A DNA stretch of 63,965 bases, filler included, from Gonapodya sp. JEL0774 (Eukaryota): NCBI GenBank assembly GCA_027604505.1. It is 3 parts of 3 records of this genome, joined end to end, with 100 filler letters (N's around TTAATTAATTAA, not from the genome) between each part and the next. Parts side by side here need not be neighbours in the genome. Positions count along the whole stretch, not along the records: positions 23,250 to 46,203 come from JADIIX010000235.1; 2 more parts are not named here. One strand, written 5' to 3'. Position 1 is the first letter of the stretch. Each line of letters starts with the position of its first letter. A program made the translations under genes and the position numbers. Under the pieces are notes generated by a model that was not told the origin of the DNA, ran no database searches, and saw only the letters and a list, made by a program, of their open reading frames with translations. Shown piece after piece: positions 23,250 through 36,810 of this stretch.

Positions 23250-25835
23250 GGAGCTCACGGTCTTCCAGTAGCTTCATGGCTTTTTCTGTGTCGCCCAATT
23301 CATGATAGCACTCGACAAGTTCGACTTTAGTTTCAGTATCGTCGGGATGGACATTCAAAACTGCATGCAAATTGCAACATGCAGGACCACCAATTGGAAC
23401 ACTCAGGGAGACGTGTAAGGATACAACTCTGGACTCGAAAACACTCACCTGCCACCAAATAAGCCACTGCCCTTCCCACCTCACCCATTTCTCTGGCACA
23501 CCTGGCGCAGCGACTCCATACCTCCACTTCTTGAGCGTGCAATCCGATCTTTTCCAAAACTGCCATTGCAGTAGAAAAGAGCCTCTTTGTCATGTATCCA
23601 TCAGCCACAGAGAGGTATAACGGCGCAAGATTTGGGGTATATGTGGTTGCGTAAAGGTATGAAAAGTGGTGCTGACGAAACCATGTGAGTAACCACAGCG
23701 GTACGTCGAAAAGGTACCATCACTAACTCGTGCCAATTCGCCGTCGTCCATCATCAACCTGCAAACCCCAAGTCTAACCCTCAGTCCCACCGTCAACCAT
23801 CTAGCTCGTTCCTCAGTACCCGGTGGCCCTTCCCTTCCTTCATCAAACTCCGCATCCCCTTCCCCCATGTCGTCCCACCACTTAGCCTCATCAATCCGAT
23901 CTTGAATGATACGAGTCAATAATTTGAGCTTAGAAACGCACTGTTCGTATTCTCCGAGAGCGATGTACACAGCACAAAGGGCATCAACCTCCTCATAACC
24001 GATGCGTCGCCTACGCTTCTGGTCTTCAGGGTCATCGGAGTCTGCAAACTGAACACCTTTCCTCCCATCCATTAAGTCAAGGAGAAAAGCGTTATTGAAA
24101 TGATGGATGCAGATGGACGGGTCCGGCGTGAGAAGGGAAGCAGCAGCGTAGGCGCGGAGAGCCGCAGAGTCGGAAGGGTCTCGACGGAGAACGAGGGTGA
24201 GCGTGGAAATTTGCTAGATGGGCAGAGAAGATTGGGAGGAACGAGAAGACCCCGAGTATGTTCGTCGACACGAAGTTGTGAGGATTGTGAGAACCAGTTC
24301 TGGAGCTGCATAGCACGAACCTTTCGAACATCACCTCTCTCGCCATGAATGCTCGCACGCTTAAGCAGTGACCTCGTCTCAGTCCTTTTAGCCAACGCGG
24401 CGCGTGTATAGCAATACACGGCTTGGTCGAGTTTGCCGAGGGATCTGAAATTCGGTTGGGGTTGAAGTAGGCCACGTCACGGGTGTTGAGGGGGACGGGA
24501 TCAAGCAACGTTACGATTGTTGCAGGGGACGGGACTAAGCAACGTCACAGATTTTTCACGATTCCGCTGCACAATCACGTACTCCCACTGGGACGAACCG
24601 ATAGCCTCCGGATCGATTACTGGCATCCAACCATAGTTCGTTCAACTCACCTCGCAGCATCGCCAGCCCTTTCCCACGCCCCTTCGAGTCCTAAAAATCC
24701 CGCACACGTCCAGTATCCCATTGCATCTTCTACTTTCCCCATTTCCTCAGCCACCTCCGCCAGCTGCGACCAGGCGTCGAGCGATTTCGGTGCTTCCTGC
24801 ACGACGGGAAGAAGATTGGCGTGGGCAGGTGCGTAGTCACCAATGGTGAAAAAGTAGTTGGCGGCACCCATCAGGCGGGAGAGATGGTCCGGAAGACGGA
24901 TTGATTGGGTGGTTATCTGCGAGACCGGGCATTTAAAAAACGTCATTATAAGGAAAACGCGAGAGGAGAGAGAAAGCACCAAGAATACAATCACATACAC
25001 GACTGAAGTATCCCAGCACAATGGTCCGTTGAATCAAGGGTACGCACCTTTCGTTTCCGTTTTGAATTTCGCTTCCTGCGCTCCATCTCCATCTCCTTTG
25101 CCTGTTGACGACCCCGCATTCCCTCATCCCTGATCATATTGATCTCAACTTCTTCCATGTCCTCCCTGGTCTCCCCTGCGGGTAACTGACTTCTGCGCAG
25201 TGACAGAGAACCCCTCCGTTGAGTCCTAAAAGTGGGTCCTTCCCCATGAGACGTCATGGACGCTGAGTTCAGAGTATTCGAAACAGAAGATGAAGGGTTT
25301 CGAAGGAGTTGGAGGAACATGTCGGGAGTGCTCTGTAAAAGGTTAGTGGCAGCAGCCAGGGACGCACTGACGAACGAGCGGGAGTACTAGTGTTGGCAAC
25401 ATCAACAATGAACAGAACAGCATTTAGAGCGAGCGTGGCGCTTGTCACTCTTCCGGACACGAAAAGGAGCAGTTGTCATGTGTACCGATTGGCACTGACA
25501 CTTCCAATCAATGAGCCACGTTCATCACCGACCATTGAGATAACGTCGAGCCAAGCCCGCAAAAACTAAGCCACTCACCTGACAAACTGTGTTACTTGTT
25601 CGTTTGTATCATCATAATTCTGGGCATCAACATCAGCATCATGGGCACTGAGAGTTGTTGTTGACAAACCCATTTGGGATCCGCGTCCTTGTTCGCCTGC
25701 GTCCTCCACATTTTCTTCTCCAGCATCTTCGCCTTGCTCCTCGTCGTCTTGATCTGCTGCCTCGAGCGCACCGCCATCCACCACATCGTAGCCTTCTTCG
25801 ACATGTTCGAAAACATAGGTGGTTGGTGCGCTCAT
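23250..25835 (-). CDS. TFC4: TFIIIC TPR subunit Tfc4/Sfc4 (tau131), 3'-truncated by the gap
   Basis: Acidic N-terminus and basic patch, then LPDHLSRLMGAANYFFTIGDY...VQEAPKSLDAWSQLAEVAEEMGKVEDA, further TPRs, LRVRLGVCRL and VHPDDTETKVELVECYHELGD. Confidence 0.8.
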
Positions 25836-26238
25836 TTGCGACTCGTCGGGGAATTGTGCTTAATGCTCGAGGGTATTGTTTTCTGTCACAAGAACTGAAA
25901 TTGTATTGAACTATTGTTGCTTTGTGGGGTCGGCGGGGTGTGGCTCGTCTTGGATGGTTCCGCTGTGATCGGATCGTCGATCCACTCCGCAGCTCTAAGT
26001 TGATATGTTTGACTAAAAAGCACCGCAAACTTTCCAAGGGAATTCGGCTCTGACACATGAAAATGTAAAATAGCACGCAAATCAAACGTGCTGAGTGACT
26101 TTTGAGGTCCAAAAGAATTCCGCAGCGCGGGGTCGAACTCAAACTGTAACGCGGGCTGACATTGGAGAGACCCCAGAACACGCTCTATGTTTATTTATCG
26201 GACTGTCATTCATTACTGTGATTGCAACGCTTTATAAT

Positions 26239-28043
<1,805 letters not shown>

Positions 28044-29275
28044 TGGAACTCCCCATCTCGAATGTCAAAAGTCCCTATTCGTTAATGTAGCAAAAGTCCC
28101 AGGTTCATTATTGTAGTAGAAGTCCGGAGTTCTAGCGGCACGTCACCCAGCCGCAAGGTCCAATCCTCCCTCAATCCCTCAAACCGCCACGTACAGTTTC
28201 AAGATTGCACACGATCGATTGTTTCAAAGCTGAACGTAATCTCAAGGCAACCGCTGCAATTTTTGGTGCCTTTGCTTTGACTGTGGCAGAATCGCCGCGG
28301 TTGTGGTTGTTTTACAATGGGCTAACGGCGCTCATTCAAGGCAATTGAAATTTGAAGGGATTCTGAACCAACAGTACGTTCCTCCATCAAAAACTTTTTG
28401 CATTGCAAGGAAGCTATCATGAAGGATTTACCCGGCCGTCCAGTTGAATGTGTTTGTTCTGACACGACAAACAGCACATCTGTAGAAATAAGAACGTGGA
28501 TCTTACTCACGGTGGCCCCATACAACTACTGTAAGTTTTTACGCCAAGGATGCCACAGTACTCCATACTACTTGCGGGGTGAAGTGGAGAACTCCCACGC
28601 AACAATAATATATATGCTACATAGTTATTAAGGCCTAAGGGCGGTGCCGGGTCACCATGCTCCGCCGTGACCACAGCTGTGGATGAACTGACAACCGAAC
28701 TCCCGCCGTCCAGAGTTATGTAGTGTTTATGGAGGATAGAAAGTTTAAGACGAGGCACTTAAGTAAATAATACTGTCGGCTGCCTGGTGGAGCGCTGTGA
28801 CCCGAAAAATGTGTGACACCCCGCCCGCCCCCCTGATCTGCCCACCTTCACACGCACCGAAATCAGCATCGGACAACGAGATGGACGAGACCCGGGAGAG
28901 CGGAGCATGTTGTCGGTAGAGATAGTACAAGATGATCGGAATTGAAAGGCGGGGCTGGGTGCAGGGTCCACTGCTTGCGGGATGAATTGATCCACAATAG
29001 ATGTATCGCCGGATGGATGCCGCACATGGATGTCAAACCCACGACCCTCATCCCCGCCTCTTTTAAGCGGACGTCCTCGCTAGCCCAGTCGAGCATTCCC
29101 TCAGGGTTAAAAGGACACCGCACGTAGCGACTTTGAGCGCCTATCAGAATTAAACGACGCGCTTCGTCGGATCTTCCACTAAAATGGTGAGAATTGCTCC
29201 ACCCGTATGGACTCTTACTTTTCTAACTCACGAACCCGTTCGGCCTTCATATGATATCGCCCTCAGAAAACCTTG

Positions 29276-29791
29276 ATGCTCGCAATCGCCCTCCTGCTCA
29301 CCTCAGCGACTGGCGTCTGGAGCAGTGTCTACTACTACCACGGCCCGTTGGCCGCGTTGATCCATGTTTCACGGTGCTACTCCAAGGCCGCATCTGGATA
29401 CATCGAGCAGTTTTCGGAGATCGAAGGGTACGCGACCTTGACGGTGAGCCTGGCCACCCTCATGTGGAAGACACAGGAATGATCTGAATTGTCTGGATTC
29501 TCATGTCAAACATTTGAAAAGGATTCCTGGAATCACAAGCAACCCATGTTCAGTGTCCAAGTCCAAGCAAGTCCCAGCAACTGGCCCTCAAGAGTCTCTG
29601 CCACGCTAGGTCAAGACACTGTCCAGGTATACATCAAAGACTTTGGAGTGGGTGATGCCTCCGTGAATTACCAGGACATGTACTGGGTCTGTCACAAGGA
29701 GACAAAGCCACGATGGCTTTACACCAAGGCAGACCAAGGCTATTGCGATTCCGTCTACTGGTGCTGCCCTGGCTGGGGGTGCACAACTTGA
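29276..29791 (+). CDS. Small secreted cysteine-containing protein, one 78-nt intron (~29444-29521)
   Basis: Hydrophobic N-terminus MLAIALLLTSATGVWS. The GTGAGC...AAAAG intron removes the in-frame TGA at 29480. C-terminus YWVCHKETKPRWLYTKADQGYCDSVYWCCPGWGCTT. Confidence 0.65.
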
Positions 29792-30092
29792 GACGTTCAT
29801 ATCCCGGGGGAGATGGGTATGATTTTGTGGAGTTGAAACGGGGAACCTGGAAGAGCTCCGTTGGTGGAGTGCTTCGGAAGCCCGATCTGTGTATAATCAC
29901 GAATTTCGTTCAAATCAAATCAGATGGGTTATTCAAACTGACGAGGGTCTTCAAGCCCGTTGAGTAGAGTGAGCGGTGGGTGGGGTTACTGTATGGGGGG
30001 GTTTCGACCAGAGGCGCGGAAGAACTCGCAGCCGACGTCCGTCAGCCCACACAGCAGACCCGGTGACAGCGCAACACAGCGCATCAGAGTCA

Positions 30093-32750
30093 ATGGGCAT
30101 TTCAGTTCGCCCACTCATCCCGCTGGGCACCCGTGGACTCTCAGCCCCCCATCTCCACAACTCTCCCCGCTCTGCCCCCTTCCACTCCCGCTCCCTCCCA
30201 CTCTCCCAACTCTCCTCTCTCTCCCCTAACAACTCCTCCCCCATCCACCACCCTCCCGCTCCCGCTCCCAAAGACGGCGTATGGCGTGTCACTATTAGAA
30301 ACGCCAGAAAAAGAGGCGCTCTGAGTCTCGCGGTCTTGCAGGATCTGGAGTCTCAGTTGAGCGAGGTCAGTGCTACAGGCGACCGAGTGTCGGCGAGATC
30401 GAGCATATCCGAGTTGGCGCGGCCTTGCCCCCCCGGACAGTGAGCGATCCTTATGGTCCACCGTCAGCGAAATGGCCTTTACCATGGCCGGAGGTCTTGT
30501 ATACCATTGAACTTGATGCTTCATGTGGTCTATCGTACATGAAGCCTGTGTGCTGCATGTGTTTCGCTACCATGCCAAACACTCATCCTAGTCTGGTCTA
30601 CGGGGTCGGGGCCGGGGCCGGGGAATGGGGAGCAGTGGGGATAGCGCACTGTACCCATGGGCCAGCGTCCTCACCCATCAAGCCCGTGTGGTGGACGCGA
30701 GTCGTGCATTGGTCTTTGAAACTGAACCTACTCCTCTCCTCTCGCCTACATTCCCTCCCACCCGCCCATCCCACCCCAGATCAACCCCGGCTGGACCTAC
30801 TCTCCCTCCTGGATCGACCTCGACAACCTCGAGCAGTCTTTGTCCCCCGACCGCGGCGTCAACTCCAAAGTCAAGGTTGTCGTGCTCCAGAGCGAAGGTG
30901 ACGTGTTTTGTAGTGGGGTGAGTGCCGGCGGCCGAGAGGAGTGAGTGAAGCGAACACACCGAGCCCTCAGGCGAGCCCCATTCGAGCGTCAGCGAGATAA
31001 TAATGGCCGAAGGCCATGTATGCCATTGAACCTGATGGTCATAGACCCGGCGACTGTGTATACCATTGAGCCTGATGGTCATAGACCTGTCGACTGTGTA
31101 CACCATTGAACCCGATGGTCACATGGACCATGAGCCCTGACCCCCGTTCTTTTACCCGGACCCCCGTTCTTTTACCCGATCCCCTATCTGGGTGCTCTGG
31201 TTCCGGTGGTATAGCATGACTTGAAGGAAATGGCGTGAGTAACCCTTGGGGGGCGGGGCGTGGGGAGTGTGTTTGGAGCGGATGCGTTGGGGGTGTGTGC
31301 GCGGTGGGATGAGTTTTCCTCCCTAGCACCGTCCGCAGGCGTGACGTCTGTCCCCCGCACCACCCCAGTGGTGTCCCGTGTCCCCTATGTCCCCCGTCCC
31401 CCACCCTCCACTCACCCCCAACCTCCGCCCGCCGCACCCCCCCTCAGGACCCAAGACCGCCCCCTCATCGAGTCCATATTCGCAAAGTGCACCGAGGTCA
31501 TGCTCCTCATGAGACGCATACCCCAGCCCGTGGTGGTGCAGGTGAGGCGATGTGTGTTGTGGTGTGAGCAATGTGGGCTGTGTGGGGTCCGCGGGGTCAA
31601 CGCGTGCACGGGTGGAACCCATGTGGTCATGGTGTGCCTGTCTCACCTCTCACCTTGCGTTACGACCGCGCATCGCACACCCCACCCACCACCACCATGC
31701 AAACCCCGCACAGGTCCAGGGTCTCGCCACCGCCGCGGGCACACAACTCGTGGCTCAGGGTGACCTCGCGGTCGCTAGGTACGTCCGTCGTGCGTGTTCG
31801 TGTGTGTCGTCCGTGGTGCGTGCGGGAGCGCGACGACCTCGCTTTCCCCCACCCACCACGTACCACCTACCACCTACCACCTCCCACCTCCACCCTTTCC
31901 CTTCACTCGTCACATTAAATCACCTTTCCCTTTTTCCCTCCCCATCCACTGCATCCACATCTCCCGTCCCCCCAGCTCCCAAGCCACCTTCGCCACCCCG
32001 GGCGTCTCCATCGGTCTCTTCTGCACCACCCCCTCGGTCCCCCTCGCACGGCCGCTGGCCCTGCCGGCAAAGCAGAGTTTGAGAATGCTGTTTGGGGGGG
32101 AGGAGGTACGCGTCGGGGGGGGGGGGGGCGGGACGAGGTGTCGGGGACCTGATGTAACGTTGTCGCTCGACGGTTCCACCCCGACACCCCCCCTCCCCCC
32201 ACCCCTGCCTGTGTGCAACCACACACCACTCCACTACTTCACCACACCACGACCCAGATGACGGCCCAAGAAGCCCTCATTCACGGCCTAGTATCCCACG
32301 TGGTACCCCACGACGAGGTGAGTGCTGCCTTCCCCCTTGCCCTCCCCCATCCCCCTTCCTCCCACCCACCCTCCACCCCCCACTTACCCCTCCCCAACGG
32401 GCCCTTAGGTCCTCCCCCGCACCGCCGCCCTGGCCGCATCCGTCGCATCCCGGTCGTTCCGCACCCTGGCGCTGGGGAAGTGGGCGTTCCATAGGCATGC
32501 GGAGATGGGGAGCTTGGAGGAGGGGTATAGGTGGGTTTTGGGGGGGGCGGGGGGCTGTGGTTGTGGGTTCGCGCAGTTTGGTTTGGTCCCCGCCTCACCA
32601 CCCTCTGCGCGCACCGACCACACTCTCCCCCCCCCACGGACCCACAACAGGTTCGCCGAAAAAGTCATGGTGGCCAACATGATGCTGGGGGACGCGAAGA
32701 TGGGCGTGGACGCGTTTTTGGCAAAGAAACCGCAGCCAAACTGGGATTGA
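30093..32750 (+). CDS. Enoyl-CoA hydratase/crotonase, ECHDC3-like, probably mitochondrial; includes a 20-nt micro-exon near 31215
   Basis: KRGALSLAVL; KVVVLQSEGDVFCSG|HDLKEM; PQPVVVQVQGLATAAGTQLVA; FATPGVSIGLFCTTP; AQEALIHGLVS; DAKMGVDAFLAKK. Confidence 0.92.
31010..31185. repeat. Intronic tandem repeats: ~40-bp unit x ~3 and 20-bp unit x2
   Basis: CCATTGA(A/G)CC(T/C)GATGGTCATAGACC..CGACTGTGTA repeated, then GACCCCCGTTCTTTTACCCG x2. A related fragment lies in intron 1 (~30460-30520). Confidence 0.85.
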
Positions 32751-32877
32751 GAAATTCATTTGATTACCGCTGTGCACTTTTTTGGAAGTGGGAGCCTTAA
32801 GGAAGGAAGTCCCCGTTCGGCTCGGGAAATCTCCACAGCCGACCTTCGCCTTGTTTTCAAAATAAAATTGGTCCAGC

Positions 32878-33574
32878 ATGAGCTTTTCGTCCATCGACGC
32901 ACATAACGGGAAAATCAAGCAGGTGGGGGTACGGGTACAAACACGCTCGATCTCGTTCCTGCGTTCTTGTCGTCGCGACGGTGCCCACATTCCCCGCCCC
33001 TCTTCCCCATCCGCCGCCGCGTCCCTTCGCACCAGCTCCGCGCTCACCTCACCAAGCTGGGCTACGGCGACGTCACGACGGGTTACAAGCCCCCCAACGC
33101 GTTCAAGGGACACCACTCGCATCCGTTTGACGCCCTAGGATTCTGCGTAGAGGGGGAGTGGATCGTGGAGTGCTGGGATGGGAATGGGAAGGCAGAGAAA
33201 GTCGTGGCGGTGAGTGGGGCCGGTGGGAGGGCGTGGTGTGGAGGATACGGGGGAGGGGAGCGGAGCGCGATGTGAACTATCGAGAGGGTGTGAGCTGACG
33301 AGGCGTGGCATGTCCCATGCAGATCCCAGATTCCCAAACTGGAATCTCCAAGCCGTTCAACGGTACGTTCCGCGCGCATGGGGTATGTCTGCCCGTCGAA
33401 ACAGCCATCTGCTCACCACTCCCCGTTCCGACAGTCCCTGCTCTGTACTTGCACACAGAGGCGACAGGTTCTCAAGGAGCCTTTTTGGTTGTGGGGAGGC
33501 GATGGCCCGAAGGTGATCTAGACAAGATCGCCAACGGTGTCATTCCGAAATTGCCGGTGAAGGCAAAGATGTAG
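32878..33574 (+). CDS. Small cupin-fold protein, 4 exons
   Basis: LRAHLTKLGYGDV..KPPNAFKGHHSHPFDALGFCVEGE (cupin motif 1)...PFN|VPALYLHTEATGSQGAFLVVGRR (motif 2). Confidence 0.75.
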
Positions 33575-34148
33575 GTGTACCGGACCACAGGGTTGGGCCT
33601 GGGGAACCTGAGAGTCTGTATTGCGAATGTATTGATGATAAAACCGACGGCGCGTTGCGATTGGTGGAGAACTTTTAATAATATGCTTTGATGGTGGAGG
33701 ACAGCAGATAGAAAAGAGGAAGAGACCATTCAACGAGTTCGACTTGAATCGCAGACCGAATTCAGCTCGGTTTTACCTCTCAGCTAGTAGTTTCTACTAT
33801 GCATGACATCAAGAGAAACAGAACTCCGGGCGAAATGGCAGGATGGTGTGTGCAATATATTACTCGGTACAATATATTTCGCCGTTCAAGCAGTGTACAC
33901 ACGCCTTTCTGTTACGGAGCATCGCAACACAAACTTGTCCTCAACGTTTTGCACGTTCTCCACATGACGCGTAGCATGGCGGCACGAAAGGTGAGCTCAT
34001 TGCGAGTTTCTGAATGATTCACCTGGTTCTGGCTCGAGTGTGAGTCCAAACTTTTCACACCAACCCTTTCCCCCCTCTTCTCCCACTCTTCGATGTGCTT
34101 GTTCAGGCCCGCTCATCCCCTTTTCTTTGATCACAGATTTTTGTAGCG

Positions 34149-34671
34149 ATGATCGCGATTACCTCATCGTTGTCTCTGTTGGTCTCCATGTTTCGTTCGC
34201 AACAGCAAGAGTGGTCGCCGTACTTCGTCAGTGAATGCGACAACCCATCGACTCCTGGCAATGCAACGCTTGAAATGATTCAGCTCAAAAATATCTTGTT
34301 GAACAGTGTGAATCCCGATCTTACTGTTCCATTAGACTCTTGTCTGCCGGTGCGGGATGGTGTGGTCATCAAGGACGTGGCATACCAAGAGCTTATTGGC
34401 ACCACTGATAACGGAACTTCTTGCTACACGCAGTTCTTACAGAATTGGCGGACGTTGAAGCCCGCTGATGCTTACGGGATCCCCGTTGGATTCGCATTCT
34501 GCATCCGCACTGTCATTCAGAACCGGAAGATAATAAGCAACGAATACACCGATCTAAAAATGTAATGCGATGGGGCAAGCTTACTACTTAAAACCATACA
34601 AGAGTGAGGTTACCGGACTGATGTGTACAACGCGGATAGTTTGCCCTCATTTCACCGAGATAAAGGCATAA
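34149..34671 (+). pseudogene. Secreted protein paralog of 36313-36810, apparently frameshifted
   Basis: The ORF stops at 34565 (GAT CTA AAA ATG TAA), but the +1 frame from 34561 gives CNAMGQAYYLKPYKSEVTGLMCTTRIVCPHFTEIKA*, matching the C-terminus of the paralog. Confidence 0.7.
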
Positions 34672-35161
34672 TAATATTACAGAGTAACAGTCGTGAACGT
34701 ACAAGGAGTAAAAAGCAAACTATGGGGTGGAGGCAATCTCGCGTTTTCCTGTTTCTCTTGTTGTGTTTTTGTTTGCCAAGTCGTTGTTCCCGCCAAGATT
34801 TGAAATATTGAGTTCAGGAACTCTGCTGTCGTCCGTCTGTTTCGGAAAGAATCGAACTGCGATTTAGATTTTGGGGAGTGATCATTCTCGCCGTACAACA
34901 TGGCGACTCAGTTCTCTGGTCAACTAATGCCAACCACCATAATTTCTACATGCATTGAGCGGGGGTGGACCGCATTAGTCGTACATGTGAAAGAAATCGT
35001 CCTTGTCACTTGTCAGGTTTGCTACCTCATTGTTCGTACTCTTTCAATCATCTCCCTGAGCGTTCTTTCCCCTCAAAATAAGAACATGGATCAAAATTGA
35101 AAGGGGGGAGTGTTCTCCAGTCTGTAGAAATAAGCATGTGGATTTACTCATGTACTACTTG

Positions 35162-36019
35162 AGGTATGAATCTTGTATCCGACCCAAAAAGTTCTTTTAC
35201 CCGACCCTTGGCACACCTTTTTTCTGACCCTGACAACACAGATTTACAATTGAACATTACCCAAATATAACCCTTGAACCACACCCAAACAGTCCTACAA
35301 CCTTGCAAAGAGATGGGTCACTGGAAGTGAACCACACTCTTAATCCGCTATGTGGTTATAGCATCAATAAACTTCAACTGGTTTGTTGACCTGAATCCTG
35401 ATTATTGCTAGGCGTAGCTTACAAGTTGTTCTGGGGCATTAAAGTGGAGCGGAAGAAAGTGAGGGGAAAGATTAGGAAGGCAGCCACAGCTTTGAAAATT
35501 GAAACATATTTGTATCAAAGCCCAAAGGAATGATCCACCTGCCAAGCTTTTGTGCTCTACTGCACATGAATAACCAAGCTTCCCACACAGTTCCAGATAT
35601 TGACAAGATTGAGAAGAAACTACTCACTGCAACGCGACAATATTTTAGAAGCACTTTGTCAATATCTAGAGTCAAAAACAGATTAAAATCTACATGGGTC
35701 AGATTAGAGAGATTCACAAGATGGGGCGGACTGGAGAAAGTTTTGGATTTGGTTCAGAAGGGAGATTGCAACATCTCATAGAGTCAGATTAGAGAAGTAC
35801 AAAAGATGGGTCAGATTAAAGAAAAAGTTTGTCCGTAAGGCGGGAGATATAGAAGACAAGCAAGGGTCAGAACAAAGACGGGCACATGGGTCAGAAAAGA
35901 GACTTTGTTGGGTCAGGAAAAAGTGATGAGGGTCAGATACAAGAATGTCATTGGGTCGGAAAAGAGGGGGGTTAGGGGTCGGGGAAAAGAATTTATCGGG
36001 TCGGGGAAAACGATTTTCC
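35162..36019. mobile_element. Non-autonomous TIR DNA transposon (hAT- or MULE-like), ~858 bp
   Basis: Direct repeat ACTACTTG at 35154-35161 and 36020-36027. Inverted subterminal motifs: TC(C/T)GACCC-like on the left, many GGGTC(A/G)G on the right, and 35169-35185 pairs with 35930-35946 at 15/17. A paralogous empty site lies at 28480-28585. Confidence 0.75.
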
Positions 36020-36312
36020 ACTACTTGCGGGTGAAGTATCTGCGGTGGATGCAAAACGCATCCGGCACATATATACTTATGAACGATTCGTTTCTCCGTT
36101 CCCCAATAACCAAACCATCACCATGGCAGTACAAAAGGTGATGACCATGCTGATTTCCGAAACCCGATGGCTCTGGCTCATGCTTGCTTCCCCCCGTTCA
36201 TTCTTGAAACGATGTCGGATATGTATCATCCCTACTTCCGGCTCCCGCACATCGATATATGTACTTGTTCGGGCCGTTCAACCCATTTTTCGACGAGCAG
36301 TTTTTCGTAACG

Positions 36313-36810
36313 ATGATCGCAATCACCGCATCGTTGTCCCTGTTGGTCTCCCTGGTTCGTTCGCAGCAACAGGTGTGGTCGCCTTACTTTTTCAGTGAAT
36401 GCAGCAGCGGTACATCGACCGCTACAGCCTTTGAAATGATCCAGTTCAAAAATCTCTGGTTGAACAGTGTCAAGCCAGATCTTACAGTTCCATTGCCAAA
36501 CTGCCACCCAATAGAACCAAACTACTGGGGGTGCAGTGGGAGTATTCAAGTCGATGGCAACCGGACTTTTATTGCCACCAACTTCAGAGCAAATTGGCGT
36601 GATTTGAAGCCGACTGATGCCAATGGGATCCGCATTGGTATTACTTCGCGCATCACCGAGTCTGCAGTTACTGGGAATACCGTCGACGCTGACTGGTTGG
36701 ACACTTGCATTGTGATGGCGCCAGCTTACTACTTGCAACCATACAGGAGTGAGGCTACCGGACTGACGTGCACAACGCGAATAGCTTGCCCACTTGTCAC
36801 AAAGACATAA
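36313..36810 (+). CDS. Small secreted cysteine-containing protein, intronless, ~165 aa
   Basis: Signal-like MIAITASLSLLVSLVRSQ, 6 Cys, and clear paralogy to 34149. Confidence 0.75.
   Translation: MIAITASLSLLVSLVRSQQQVWSPYFFSECSSGTSTATAFEMIQFKNLWLNSVKPDLTVPLPNCHPIEPNYWGCSGSIQVDGNRTFIATNFRANWRDLKPTDANGIRIGITSRITESAVTGNTVDADWLDTCIVMAPAYYLQPYRSEATGLTCTTRIACPLVTKT

Noticed and set aside
29480..29482. In-frame TGA between two ORFs suggesting readthrough or selenocysteine
   Set aside because: It lies within a plausible 78-nt GT-AG intron.
31020..31130. CRISPR-like periodic repeat
   Set aside because: Head-to-tail units without unique spacers, in a eukaryotic intron, with no cas genes.
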